Origin: an uncultured Ruficoccus sp.
GTDB lineage: Bacteria; Verrucomicrobiota; Verrucomicrobiia; Opitutales; Cerasicoccaceae
Reading direction: 5' to 3'
NCBI GenBank assembly: GCA_965140785.1
Contig: OZ223475.1
Span: 224,001 to 288,000 of the forward strand
DNA: 64,000 bases
Shown one piece after another: positions 9,471 to 18,972 of this stretch (its first letter is position 1; each line of letters begins with the position of its first letter). The position numbers were made by a program, and so were the translations under genes. The notes beneath the pieces were generated by a model, which was given only the letters and a program-made list of their open reading frames with translations, was not told the DNA's origin and did not search any database.

Positions 9471-10373
9471 ATGAGCCTCGTAATCAACACACGCTTCTTT
9501 TACCGCAGGCATCGGCGCCAGCTCAAATCGGACCAGCGCAAACGCCGCCGCCGCGCGCGCCGGGTGCTTCCCGGGTTTCCGCTGACAATGGGTATCACGC
9601 TGGCGACGCTCTCCATCGTCGTGCTGCTGCCTCTGGCCACCGCTTTTGCCAAGGCCGGTGGGATGAGTTGGAGCGAGTTTGCCGAAGCGGCGTTTTCCCC
9701 GCGGGTGCTGGCCTCGTATAAGTTGACCTTCGGTGTGGCCTTTGCCGCGGCGGCGGTCAATGCCGTCTTTGGCCTGCTGGTGGCCTGGGTGCTCTCGCGC
9801 TACCGCTTCCCGGGGCGCAAGCTGATCGACGCCCTGGTGGACCTGCCCTTTGCCCTGCCGACTGCCGTGGCCGGGATTTCGCTGACGGCGATCTACTCGC
9901 GTAACGGTTGGATGGGCTCGTGGCTCGAAGACCTTGGCGTCCAGGTGGCCTTCACGCCATTGGGGATTGCGATCGCGCTGATTTTTATCGGATTGCCTTT
10001 TGTCGTGCGGACCCTTCAGCCCGTGATCGAAGACCTCGACCGTGAGATGGAGGAAGCCTCGACCACGCTCGGAGCCGGGCGCTTCACGACCTTCCGGCGG
10101 GTAATCTTTCCGCTGTTGCTGCCGCCGCTGCTGACAGGCTTCTCCCTGGCATTCGCACGCGGCATCGGCGAGTACGGGTCGGTGGTCTTCATCTCCGGAA
10201 ACATGCCCATGCGCACGGAGATAGCCCCCCTGCTCATCGTGACCAAGCTTGAGCAGTACGATACCGCCGGGGCGACCGCTATCGCGGTGGTCATGCTGCT
10301 GGTGTCGTTCGGGCTGCTGCTGGGCATTAACCTTCTTCAACGCTGGAGCCACAAGCGGCTCGGAAACCAATAA
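9471..10373 (+). CDS. cysT: Sulfate ABC transporter permease CysT
   Basis: DALVDLPFALPTAVAG, FARGIGEYGSVVFISGNMP, KLEQYD. Confidence 0.96.
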   Translation: MSLVINTRFFYRRHRRQLKSDQRKRRRRARRVLPGFPLTMGITLATLSIVVLLPLATAFAKAGGMSWSEFAEAAFSPRVLASYKLTFGVAFAAAAVNAVFGLLVAWVLSRYRFPGRKLIDALVDLPFALPTAVAGISLTAIYSRNGWMGSWLEDLGVQVAFTPLGIAIALIFIGLPFVVRTLQPVIEDLDREMEEASTTLGAGRFTTFRRVIFPLLLPPLLTGFSLAFARGIGEYGSVVFISGNMPMRTEIAPLLIVTKLEQYDTAGATAIAVVMLLVSFGLLLGINLLQRWSHKRLGNQ

Positions 10374-10379
10374 CTTACC

Positions 10380-11306
10380 ATGGCAGGAATTACACAATCA
10401 CGACTTGGGCGTATCCAACACTCGGTACCGGGTGGGATGGAGCCTTCCTGGAAACTCAAGGCGTTGCTCATCGGGGGGGCATTGCTTTTTCTCGCGGTGA
10501 TGTTGCTGCTGCCGCTGGCAGCGGTGTTCTTCGAAGCCCTCAGGCGGGGGGCGGGAGTCTTTATGGACAGCTTTGCCGATGAGGACGCCCGGCACGCGAT
10601 CAAACTCACCCTGCTGGTGGCCGGGATCGCCATCCCTTTTAACACCGTCTTCGGGCTTTGCGCTTCGTGGGCCATCGCGAAGTACACCTTCCCCGGCAAG
10701 AGTGTTCTGCTCACGCTGATCGATTTACCCTTTGCGGTGTCGCCCGTTATCGCCGGCTTGATCTACGTGCTGCTTTTCGGGGCGCAGGGTTGGTTTGGGC
10801 CATGGCTGGCCGAGCACGATGTGCAGATCATTTTTGCCGTGCCGGGTATCGTGCTGGCTACAGTTTTCGTCACCTTTCCCTTTGTCGCGCGGGAGCTGAT
10901 CCCGGTCATGCAGGCACAGGGTAATGATGAGGAACTGGCCGCGCTCACGCTTGGGGCCTCCGGTTGGCAGGCTTTTAGGCAGGTCACGCTGCCGAACGTC
11001 CGCTGGGCGCTTTTTTATGGCGTAGTACTCTGTAATGCGCGGGCGATGGGCGAATTCGGCGCCGTCTCGGTCGTCTCCGGACACATCCGAGGCGAGACTA
11101 ACACCGTCCCGCTGTACGTCGAAATTCTTTACAACGAGTACAACTTCGTGGCGGCCTTTGCCATGGCCTCGATGCTGGCTTTGCTGGCGCTGGTCACCCT
11201 CGCCGCCAAGTCATTCATCGAGTGGCGCGTCCAGCGGACGGCTCGAATCCGTTCCGGCGAACGTCTGCCCGATAACACACCTGTCCACCAACTTCAAAAG
11301 TCATGA
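10380..11306 (+). CDS. cysW: Sulfate ABC transporter permease CysW
   Basis: [41 protein letters not shown]. Confidence 0.96.
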   Translation: MAGITQSRLGRIQHSVPGGMEPSWKLKALLIGGALLFLAVMLLLPLAAVFFEALRRGAGVFMDSFADEDARHAIKLTLLVAGIAIPFNTVFGLCASWAIAKYTFPGKSVLLTLIDLPFAVSPVIAGLIYVLLFGAQGWFGPWLAEHDVQIIFAVPGIVLATVFVTFPFVARELIPVMQAQGNDEELAALTLGASGWQAFRQVTLPNVRWALFYGVVLCNARAMGEFGAVSVVSGHIRGETNTVPLYVEILYNEYNFVAAFAMASMLALLALVTLAAKSFIEWRVQRTARIRSGERLPDNTPVHQLQKS

Positions 11307-12409
11307 GTATCCTAGCCACCAACATCTCGAAGCATTTTGGCGTCACCTCGGCGCTGAAAAATATTACCTTAAAAGTCGCCAGTGGCCAACTGGTTGCTCT
11401 GGTCGGTCCCTCCGGCTCGGGTAAGACGACGCTGCTGCGCATTTTAGCCGGGCTGGAGAGCCCCGATCCGGGTAGCGGAGAGCTACGCTTTCACGACGAG
11501 GATGTGAGCCATCTGCCTGTGCAGAAGCGCCAGGTCGGAATGGTCTTCCAGCACTACGCGCTCTTCCGGCACCTGAGCGTGGAGCAGAATATCGCCTTCG
11601 GGCTCACGGTGAAGAAGCGGGGAAAGCGTCCGAGTCGTGCCGAGATCCGGGATAAAGTCGCCCGCCTGCTTCATCTCGTCCAGCTCGACGGACTGGGCAA
11701 ACGCCTGCCCGCGCAACTCTCCGGTGGCCAGCGCCAGCGTGTAGCGCTGGCTCGTGCGCTCGCCATCGAGCCGCGCATCCTGTTGCTTGACGAGCCCTTT
11801 GGCGCGCTCGACGCCAAGGTCCGCAAGGACCTGCGCCGCTGGCTGCGACACTTCCACGAAGAGATCAAGCTCACTACGGTGTTCGTCACCCACGACCAGG
11901 AGGAGGCGCTCGAACTCGCCGACGAGGTGGTGGTGATGAACCGCGCGCAGATCGCTCAGGTCGGCCCCCCGCAGGAGGTCTTTGATCATCCCGGTTCGCC
12001 CTTCGTGATCGAATTCATGGGCAACGTCAACCGGCTGGAGGCCGGGCTGCACCCCCGTGGTGAACGCGTACGCGATCAGCTATACGTGCGCCCTCATGAT
12101 GTGGAGATCCTCCCGGGCGGTTCGCCCGGCACGATTCCGGCCCGCGTGCTGCATATCTTTTCGGCAGGCAGCGCCGGGCGCGTCACACTGGAGCGTCTGA
12201 GTAACCGGGAGATGATTGAAGCGGAAATCTCCCGCGCCGACCTCGACGAGCTGAGGCCGAGTCCCGGGGAGGAAGTGGGAATTCGCTTCCGGCATATCCG
12301 GCTTTTTGCCAACACGCCTGAAGGGCAACAGCAATTGGTCGAAGACGACACCTTAGCCGATGCCCTCAACCCGCAAACGAAAGGACTTTTGACACGCGCA
12401 AGTGACTGA
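11303..12409 (+). CDS. cysA: Sulfate ABC transporter ATP-binding protein CysA
   Basis: [42 protein letters not shown]-terminal TOBE-like region. Confidence 0.97.
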   Translation: MSILATNISKHFGVTSALKNITLKVASGQLVALVGPSGSGKTTLLRILAGLESPDPGSGELRFHDEDVSHLPVQKRQVGMVFQHYALFRHLSVEQNIAFGLTVKKRGKRPSRAEIRDKVARLLHLVQLDGLGKRLPAQLSGGQRQRVALARALAIEPRILLLDEPFGALDAKVRKDLRRWLRHFHEEIKLTTVFVTHDQEEALELADEVVVMNRAQIAQVGPPQEVFDHPGSPFVIEFMGNVNRLEAGLHPRGERVRDQLYVRPHDVEILPGGSPGTIPARVLHIFSAGSAGRVTLERLSNREMIEAEISRADLDELRPSPGEEVGIRFRHIRLFANTPEGQQQLVEDDTLADALNPQTKGLLTRASD

Positions 12410-12412
12410 GCG

Positions 12413-12548
12413 ATGCGCGTCAATGCGACTGCGCGCAACGCCATGACCTTGACAGAGTCTTAACTCGGAAATGTATGGAGTTGCTGTTTTTGATGGTCAG
12501 CGACTTATGGGTGTGAATCCGCGTCCGGGGACCTCCAGGGTTAAGATC
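12413..12548 (+). repeat. Degenerate ~130-bp direct repeat, copy B (probable IS end)
   Basis: See 5930-6061; lies just upstream of a transposase pseudogene. Confidence 0.75.
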
Positions 12549-12686
12549 CAGTCCTCCCAGGGTGGCAGCATGCCTGAAACTCAACCTGGAGTGTGCGATT
12601 TTTATGGTTTCTTGTTCCTTGACAGCAACTTATAGTTTTTTTAAAAAGTTGTCTTGAAGCCGTAAGCTTTACTTCTGTTGAGCAAG

Positions 12687-13310
12687 TTGGCGGGGTGGGG
12701 GAAGCTGTGAATCGCTGATCGATGAACCGCCAGCAGCAGCAAGTCATCGACTATTTGGTCGAGGTACCGAACTGAGGCGTAGCCTCGGTGACAAAGCGTA
12801 GCGCCCAAATCGTGTTCTTCGGGAACAACTGAAGCTCCACGCCAAGGGCAAACGGATACGCTTCAACGCGAACCAACGCAGGCGTTTGGCCGAGAAAGGC
12901 CATTGCCTGGGGCGCAGGATACTGATGAAGATCGCAACGCTCGTGACGCCGGAGACGATCTATCGTTGGCATCGCCAATTCGTCGCGCTGGCGTATGGTC
13001 CGAAGGGCCGGGATCATTCCGTAGTTCATGCTCGGCGGGCCGAGCGCAATGCGATCATCGTCAAGCTTGCGGTTGAGAATTCGGGGTGGGGATACACACG
13101 CATCCAAGGAGTGATGCAGAATCTCGGTTATCCCAAACTGAGCACGTCGACCATCGGGGAGGTGCTGCGCGAGGCAGGTATTCGCCCGTCGCCGGAACGC
13201 AGCAGTCGTCTGGACTGGAAGACGTTTATCCGTGTTCACGCCGATCAACTTGCAGCCACTGACTTCTTCATGGTGCCGGTGTGGACTTTGCGCGGCCTGG
13301 CTATGTATCG
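12687..13310 (+). pseudogene. Integrase-core-type transposase pseudogene, interrupted and 3'-truncated
   Basis: LAGW / MNRQQQQVIDYLVE / NRVLREQL...LAEKG..LGR..ATLVTPETIYRWHR...ENSGWGYTRIQG...ATDFF; in-frame stop, small insertions, rest of the catalytic core missing. Confidence 0.85.
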
Positions 13311-13645
13311 GTTATGATGGCCATCACGATCAAGGTGACTGTATTTCCAACCCGAATACGCCCGCTGGCCCAGGTGTCGTTCAGCATCCACGGCTGGTCA
13401 GGGTAGCGGGCGGCGCGCTCGCGCTGGGCGGCTGCGTGAGGGATAGAGTAAATGCCCCCGCCGATGATTCCCAGACCGATCAGTGTGAACACCGTCGCGA
13501 TAAGCGTCGGGATCGCACTGGCCATGCCGCCGCCGGTATCTTCAAACATGAAGAACATCATCACGCCAACTCCCGTAAAAACACAGCCGAAGAGCATGAG
13601 GAAGAGAGCAGTGAATACGGAAGCTGTTTTGCTGGGGACACTCAT
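13301..13645 (-). CDS. Small membrane protein, probably C-terminally truncated by the IS remnant
   Basis: Two clear TM segments (LFGCVFTGVG, VFTLIGLGII) and YPDQPW; ends inside the transposase fragment. Confidence 0.6.
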   Translation of the reverse strand: MSVPSKTASVFTALFLMLFGCVFTGVGVMMFFMFEDTGGGMASAIPTLIATVFTLIGLGIIGGGIYSIPHAAAQRERAARYPDQPWMLNDTWASGRIRVGNTVTLIVMAIITDT

Positions 13646-13676
13646 GAGCAGATAGGTTGATGCTGCTGTTACTAAC

Positions 13677-16600
13677 CTAGTACGTGAAATGGGACAGCGA
13701 ATAAATGCCGGGAGTAAGCTCGTCGAGCGATCCGATGTCGTCGATTACATGCGTGGGATCGGACTCGATATAGACGATGATCTTACCCTTGTCTGGGTAC
13801 AGCGTGACCTCTTCAGTCGGCTGGGCGACACCGCGGACGACATAGATAAAGTCATCCTTGTTCTTGATGAGCACATCCGGATTACCGACTCTGCTCGCGT
13901 TTTGATAGTTAAGGTAACTGCCTTCAGCCTTTAGGACGCAAGCTTCCGCCCCCTTTTGCACGTAGAGGAAGCGTTCGCCGTTATCGCAGGAAAACAGGCT
14001 GTATTCGTCTTTCGGTACGGGCTCGCCTTTCTGCCAGACGCGTGTTTCCGAGCCGCTATTCTCGACCAGAATAGGATCGATGATCATCTTCTCTTCCAGC
14101 AGAGACTCGCCATCGGGAACGCCCTTGGCCTGCTTGAAGAGGTGGTAGGTGGTGGTGTCGTAAAAGGCAAACGCGTTACCGGAGTCTCCAACCACGAATG
14201 TCTTGGGCTCTACGATCTGCTTTCCATTCTGGTAAAAGCGGTACTTCCCGGCCTCGCGTTTGAGCGTGACGGGGACGCCGTAGGCGTACGGCTGGATGAC
14301 TTCCTGAGGGTTCTTCGGCGGGGGAGGGGCCTGGCCTGGTCGACCGCGGTTGTCGTAGGGAACCATCCGGTGGATCTTGCCGGGGCGCTTGAGGTCGTTC
14401 GCCTCCAGGATGCCCCAGGGCTGGCCGTCCTTGAGGACGAGGGCGTCGCCGTTGGGGTAGGCGCCTCCTGGCGTCAGTTTACCGTCAGGGGTGCCGCCAT
14501 TGAAGAATAAGCTGAATTTCTTCTTGTCCGGCGATTGATACCAGACGGCAACATCGCGCCCCAAATCTTCAGCGTGGAAGAATTTATCCTCGCCCTGTTG
14601 GAAGCCCTGCACCTGAAAGGTATGCCCCCTTTTCCCGTCGAAAAGAATGAGTGTATTGCCACGCATGAACTGCTTAAGGCCGCCCAGTATCTGCCCGTGG
14701 TCGTAGAGGCGAAATTGGCCGCTCTTGGTCAGGTAAAGCATGGCCGGAGAGGAAACCTTTACCTGCATCTTCCCTCTGGCGTCGGGGTTTTTGACCGTCT
14801 CCGGGAGGAGGGCGTTTTCGGCGATCATGTAGTTTTGGCCCACGGGTTCATAAAAAACGCCATGCGCGAAGGGGGAGTCATTGCCGGAGTTCACGTCGAT
14901 CGGGCCCGCTTGTCGGTCATAGGCATAAACGTAGGGCCTGTAGGCGTCGTAGTGTTTCTCGTTGAGCCAGTGCCAGCGATCCATTCGCCACGTGTCGCTG
15001 TGGTAATAATGGCGTTTCTCGATTTCCTTGCCATCCTGATCAAGGCTAACGTACGGATTGCCGTAATCGTCATTCATGTACTGGTAGGTCTTTTCGGAGT
15101 GCGAGCTGCCCTGATCTTCGATCTCGCTGACCAGGCGGCCGTTCCCGAAGACGCTACGGCGGGTAATCTCGTCGCCCAGCCCCTGCACCTTAGTCAAGAC
15201 GTGGAGTTGGCCGTCAACTTTCTCGTAGCTGTGGCTGATGGTGATGTTTGTTTTGCCGCGCTGGCGCAGGAATTTGACGAGGCGACGGTCGTTATCGTAC
15301 TCAAACGTACATACCTCGATGAGCTGCCCGTTATTGATGAAGTACGAGTTCCGTACGGTCCCGTCGGGATTGTATTTGTAGATAGCATCGACGTCCCACA
15401 CCGTGCCGACGGTCGGTTTTTGCAGCAGGAGTTTGCGGCCGTTGTCAAAAAGCCGGTAGATGCCTTTTTCACGCTGAGCGGTTTCCTCGTCGGTGAAGTA
15501 ACGGTTCGTGGGATCGAAGCGTGTTCCGTCTTCGTCAAAATACATATCCTGATCGTCGTAGCGGAGGTAGGCGATGTCACCGTCCCAGTTGAGGTCGTAG
15601 AGACTGCCAACGTAGGGGCGAGGATTGAGAGGGGCGTCCGTCAGGTTGACATAGGGGCGCACATAGGAGGACTTCTCCTCGGGCGTGAATGTGTAGAGCG
15701 CGGCCACATCCTGCTGACTATAGCTAGGAACGGTTTCGCGGGTGCCGACGCTCGCGGCTGCGGGTGGCTGGAGGTCCAGTTGGAAATCGTCCGGCAGAGG
15801 CTCCACGTTTTCCTTCTCTTTATCGAGATAGCGGGCAGGATAGATACCGGGAACAGGTTTGGACAGCGCGTTGGGCAGCACATAGTCAAAAAAGTCATAA
15901 GGATCACCGCTGTTGTTATAGAGAACGAGGTCGGTGCCGTTTGTCTTGCCCTTTTTCATCCCAATCGGGTTCTCGATGCGCTCGCCGAAGCGAAAAAGCT
16001 CCAGTTCGCCCTTGTTCCCGACGACGTAGAACAGGTGCCTGCCGTGCAGTCGTCTCGAGGTCTCGAGTAGACGCCCTGGAAGCACCTTCTGGCCCGACTC
16101 CCTATCGAAATAGAGTGAGTCACTACTGAAGAAGGTCTGGTCCACGGAGTAGGTCAGGATGCCGCCATTAGTGGTCATGACTGCTTTGTTCTTTGAGCCT
16201 TTGAAGACCGATCGTCCTGCATAATAAGGCTCGATGTTTGAGCCGTTTAAGAAGGCAATGGTGTCGGTGCCTTTCATGATCAGTTCCGTTACCGGGAGTC
16301 TTTCGCTAGGCTTGAGGTCGGAGCCAGTCGGTACGCGGTAGTAGCTTTTATCGAAATCATCGTAGACAAGGATCTCGCTTTTATCCGAACGAACGCCAAA
16401 GACGACATCCTCGGCAATCTGGCCGTTACGGAATACGGAGACGGGGGTAACGCTGTCCTTGCGGACCGCGCCGTAGGCGAGTTCGTTGCGCTGCTGCAGG
16501 TCCGGGTAGTACTGGTAGCGGGCGGAGAATTCATCGCGAACGCCGTTGTTCTGGGCATGGACCCACTTGACGGGGTTACCATACTCGTCGAACTGGTACT

Positions 16601-17213
16601 CGACCTTTAGTTCGATAGAGTCACCTTCGGTACGTGAAGCTGTCAGGTGGCCATCTTTGTAGGTCAGGAAACGGCGCTTGGCGGGAGATGTGCCACGCTG
16701 GATGGTCTCGGTGACATTTACGCTGTCGCCGTCTACGGAGTAGGTATAGGTGGTGGTTTCCGTTTCGTCACCATCATGGCTGTTCACCCGAGTGAGGCGC
16801 CCGGCATCGTCATAAGCGTAGGTCTTCTCACTTTTTTTCTCTCGGTATTTTGAGATTTCTTTGACGAGTCGTCCATCACTGTAGGTGTAGTCTGTGTCGC
16901 GGCCAGCAGGGTAGGACACACGGGTGACGTTTCCCTCGACATCCGTTTGCCAGGTGACGGAGCCTTTGCCGGTGGGAAGGCCGTCCTCGTAATACACGTA
17001 GCTGTTCTCCTTGATGAGCAGGCCGTCCTCATCGAAGACCATCTTGTCCGCAGAGAAAACCGGGCCTTTCAGGTTAAAGTGCTCAGCCTTGTATTTGACT
17101 GGAATCGGGTTCATGGGAGCATTGCTCCAGTCAACCTTTTGGGCGAAAACTGCACCTCCCGGAATAATCCAGACGAGAGTTGCCACGAGGGAGAGCGCAT
17201 TTCTAATGGGCAT
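13677..17213 (-). CDS. Large secreted protein with YD/RHS-like repeats and an internal duplication
   Basis: 1178 aa; signal peptide; YTYSDGRL, YAYDDAGRL, YQFDEYGNP, FEYDNDRRL, YMNDDYGNP. Confidence 0.75.
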   Translation of the reverse strand: MPIRNALSLVATLVWIIPGGAVFAQKVDWSNAPMNPIPVKYKAEHFNLKGPVFSADKMVFDEDGLLIKENSYVYYEDGLPTGKGSVTWQTDVEGNVTRVSYPAGRDTDYTYSDGRLVKEISKYREKKSEKTYAYDDAGRLTRVNSHDGDETETTTYTYSVDGDSVNVTETIQRGTSPAKRRFLTYKDGHLTASRTEGDSIELKVEYQFDEYGNPVKWVHAQNNGVRDEFSARYQYYPDLQQRNELAYGAVRKDSVTPVSVFRNGQIAEDVVFGVRSDKSEILVYDDFDKSYYRVPTGSDLKPSERLPVTELIMKGTDTIAFLNGSNIEPYYAGRSVFKGSKNKAVMTTNGGILTYSVDQTFFSSDSLYFDRESGQKVLPGRLLETSRRLHGRHLFYVVGNKGELELFRFGERIENPIGMKKGKTNGTDLVLYNNSGDPYDFFDYVLPNALSKPVPGIYPARYLDKEKENVEPLPDDFQLDLQPPAAASVGTRETVPSYSQQDVAALYTFTPEEKSSYVRPYVNLTDAPLNPRPYVGSLYDLNWDGDIAYLRYDDQDMYFDEDGTRFDPTNRYFTDEETAQREKGIYRLFDNGRKLLLQKPTVGTVWDVDAIYKYNPDGTVRNSYFINNGQLIEVCTFEYDNDRRLVKFLRQRGKTNITISHSYEKVDGQLHVLTKVQGLGDEITRRSVFGNGRLVSEIEDQGSSHSEKTYQYMNDDYGNPYVSLDQDGKEIEKRHYYHSDTWRMDRWHWLNEKHYDAYRPYVYAYDRQAGPIDVNSGNDSPFAHGVFYEPVGQNYMIAENALLPETVKNPDARGKMQVKVSSPAMLYLTKSGQFRLYDHGQILGGLKQFMRGNTLILFDGKRGHTFQVQGFQQGEDKFFHAEDLGRDVAVWYQSPDKKKFSLFFNGGTPDGKLTPGGAYPNGDALVLKDGQPWGILEANDLKRPGKIHRMVPYDNRGRPGQAPPPPKNPQEVIQPYAYGVPVTLKREAGKYRFYQNGKQIVEPKTFVVGDSGNAFAFYDTTTYHLFKQAKGVPDGESLLEEKMIIDPILVENSGSETRVWQKGEPVPKDEYSLFSCDNGERFLYVQKGAEACVLKAEGSYLNYQNASRVGNPDVLIKNKDDFIYVVRGVAQPTEEVTLYPDKGKIIVYIESDPTHVIDDIGSLDELTPGIYSLSHFTY

Positions 17214-17440
17214 GATAAGTTTTTTTAAAACAATGCCCGGATTGCTAAGTCAATATCCTAATCTAGGTGTCGCTTGACTTTTGAAAATCGCTCCGCGCAA
17301 CAGTATCAATACTACTCCGGAAGAGCATAAAGAGAATCATCGCTGGGGAAAAGACCACCTCGAGAATGAACTCGAGCGTGACCACCGGTTCGATGATGTC
17401 GCCCACGTGGCAGACCTCCAGCGCCTTGTAAGGGCCGACG

Positions 17441-18000
17441 ACGGCTACCTTCGATGATGTTTACTGCGAGCACAATGTGAGCAAAGCGAGCTTCCATCGT
17501 TGGAGGTCCAAGTATGGGCAGGTGGCGCTGCGCGATGTGAAGCGCCTGAAGGAGCTTGAACGCGAGAACTCCGAGCTGAAGAAGCTGATGGCCGACCAGT
17601 TGCTGAACATCAAAGTGCTGGAGCAGGTAAACACAAATACCGAGCCTCAGGCGACACTCTCAAACGCAGCACAGCAGAACAAATCCTCACGTGGAGAGCT
17701 CCACAAACGCTTGCAGGACGTACCGAGCCTGTGCCGACAGGCACGGTGATACTCGAGCGCAGCGAAGACATGCCTCAAGCAGGAGTGGTTCCTCTCCTTG
17801 AGCGAAGCGCGCGTCGTCATCGAAAATTGGCGACGCAAATACAACAGCCAGCATCCGCACAGTCGTTTGGGCTTTATATTCCCCCCCCCCGACACCTTTG
17901 CCAAACTCTGGCAACAAACCAAGTACTCCCTCAACCCACAACACAACCACACGACAGAAAACCTCTCATAGCAACTGGGCCAAAAGATGGGACTCAGCCA
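17441..18000 (+). mobile_element. IS3-family element remnant (orfA fragment, integrase C-terminus and right end), internally deleted
   Basis: EHNVSKASFHRWRSKYG..KRLKELERENSELKKL; CLKQEWFLSLSEARVVIENWRRKYNSQHPHSRLG; end-like CTCTCATAGCAACTGGGCCAAAAGATGGGACTCA. Confidence 0.85.
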
Positions 18001-18002
18001 GC

Positions 18003-18087
18003 TTGGCCGAGACAGGTCGTTGCCTTGGCCGCAAGGTGTTGATGGTCTCACGACGTTGGTGACGCCGGAGACGATCCACCGCTGGCA
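18003..18087 (+). mobile_element. Integrase-core-type transposase fragment, copy 3
   Basis: LAETGRCLGRKVLM / TLVTPETIHRW (frameshifted), matching LAEKGHCLGRRILMKIATLVTPETIYRW at 12886. Confidence 0.7.
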
Positions 18088-18189
18088 GGGAGCAGTCCGG
18101 CTTGATCCTATCGCTGATGTAGTGGAGGTTTACCGATTCTGGCTCGAACGCAAAGCTGCCCATACATGGCAGTTCGTGGTGACTGAGCG

Positions 18190-18972
18190 TCAGGGAGAGG
18201 ATATCGGGATGAGCAGGCTGTTCCAGCGGGTCATGGCCTTGTTGGTGGGATAAAAGACGCACAGCGCCCGGCTCTGGTCCCGAATCGGCCAGTGGCGGCG
18301 GTACACGAGCTTGAATTTATCGTCCTCGTCAATGGCGGCCATGACCTGGAATTGCTTGGGTTTTTCACCCATGACATTAATCAGGTTGCCTTCCCGGGGC
18401 TTGAGGGTCAGGCGCTGGTTTTGGGTGGCTACCTGCAAGGGGCGGCTGCCTAGATTGAAACCGTAAACGCTGCCGCGGGGAAGATGGCTTAAATCGACAG
18501 GCAGCGGATAGAGGGCGGCGGGTTGATTGCCCAGCGAATCCTGCCCGAGCAGAAAGTACGTGCCCTGACCGGCGGGCAGGCGGCAGCCCAAGCGGGGTGC
18601 ATACGTGTCCTCCTCCTCGGCGGTTGCTGCGGGAATGCGCTCGTAGAGGATGAATCCGCGGGGACCCCGGTAGTGGATGGTGGGGCTGATCTTGTTGCTG
18701 ACGAGTTCGAGGGGGCGGTATCCCTCCGGCGTCCAGTAGTAATACTCCCGGGATCGACTGCGGTACTCGCGCGGCATTTCATCCCCGCTGGCCAGGTTGA
18801 TGGGCGGTGTGTAGCGGTGCAGTAAGATACTGACTTCCGCAGTGACCTCCGGCGTGGTTTGGGCATGCAGAGGCGTGAGCAAGGCGAGCAGGCAGGCCAT
18901 CGCACCGGCCAGCAGAAAGAGGCCTGGATGGGGGGCGAGGCGGGGAGGGCGCGGGTATGGGTTAAATCTCAT
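18190..18972 (-). CDS. Secreted hypothetical protein, partner of the upstream PilX-like gene
   Basis: 260 aa with signal peptide; overlaps the stop of 18962-22543. Confidence 0.7.
   Translation of the reverse strand: MRFNPYPRPPRLAPHPGLFLLAGAMACLLALLTPLHAQTTPEVTAEVSILLHRYTPPINLASGDEMPREYRSRSREYYYWTPEGYRPLELVSNKISPTIHYRGPRGFILYERIPAATAEEEDTYAPRLGCRLPAGQGTYFLLGQDSLGNQPAALYPLPVDLSHLPRGSVYGFNLGSRPLQVATQNQRLTLKPREGNLINVMGEKPKQFQVMAAIDEDDKFKLVYRRHWPIRDQSRALCVFYPTNKAMTRWNSLLIPISSP

Noticed and set aside
9471..9563. Arg-rich N-terminal extension of CysT as a regulatory leader peptide
   Set aside because: Basic residues before VLPGF are usual in CysT and the start codon is uncertain
14535..16070. 511-aa plus-strand ORF (similarly 19925-21409, 33588-35015, 48773-50305 and other long overlapping ORFs)
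   Set aside because: Antisense or alternate-frame shadows of well-supported genes in GC3-rich DNA, with no recognisable motifs
13677..17213. RHS polymorphic toxin
   Set aside because: No RHS core terminal motif, no recognisable toxin domain or immunity gene; it has a Sec signal
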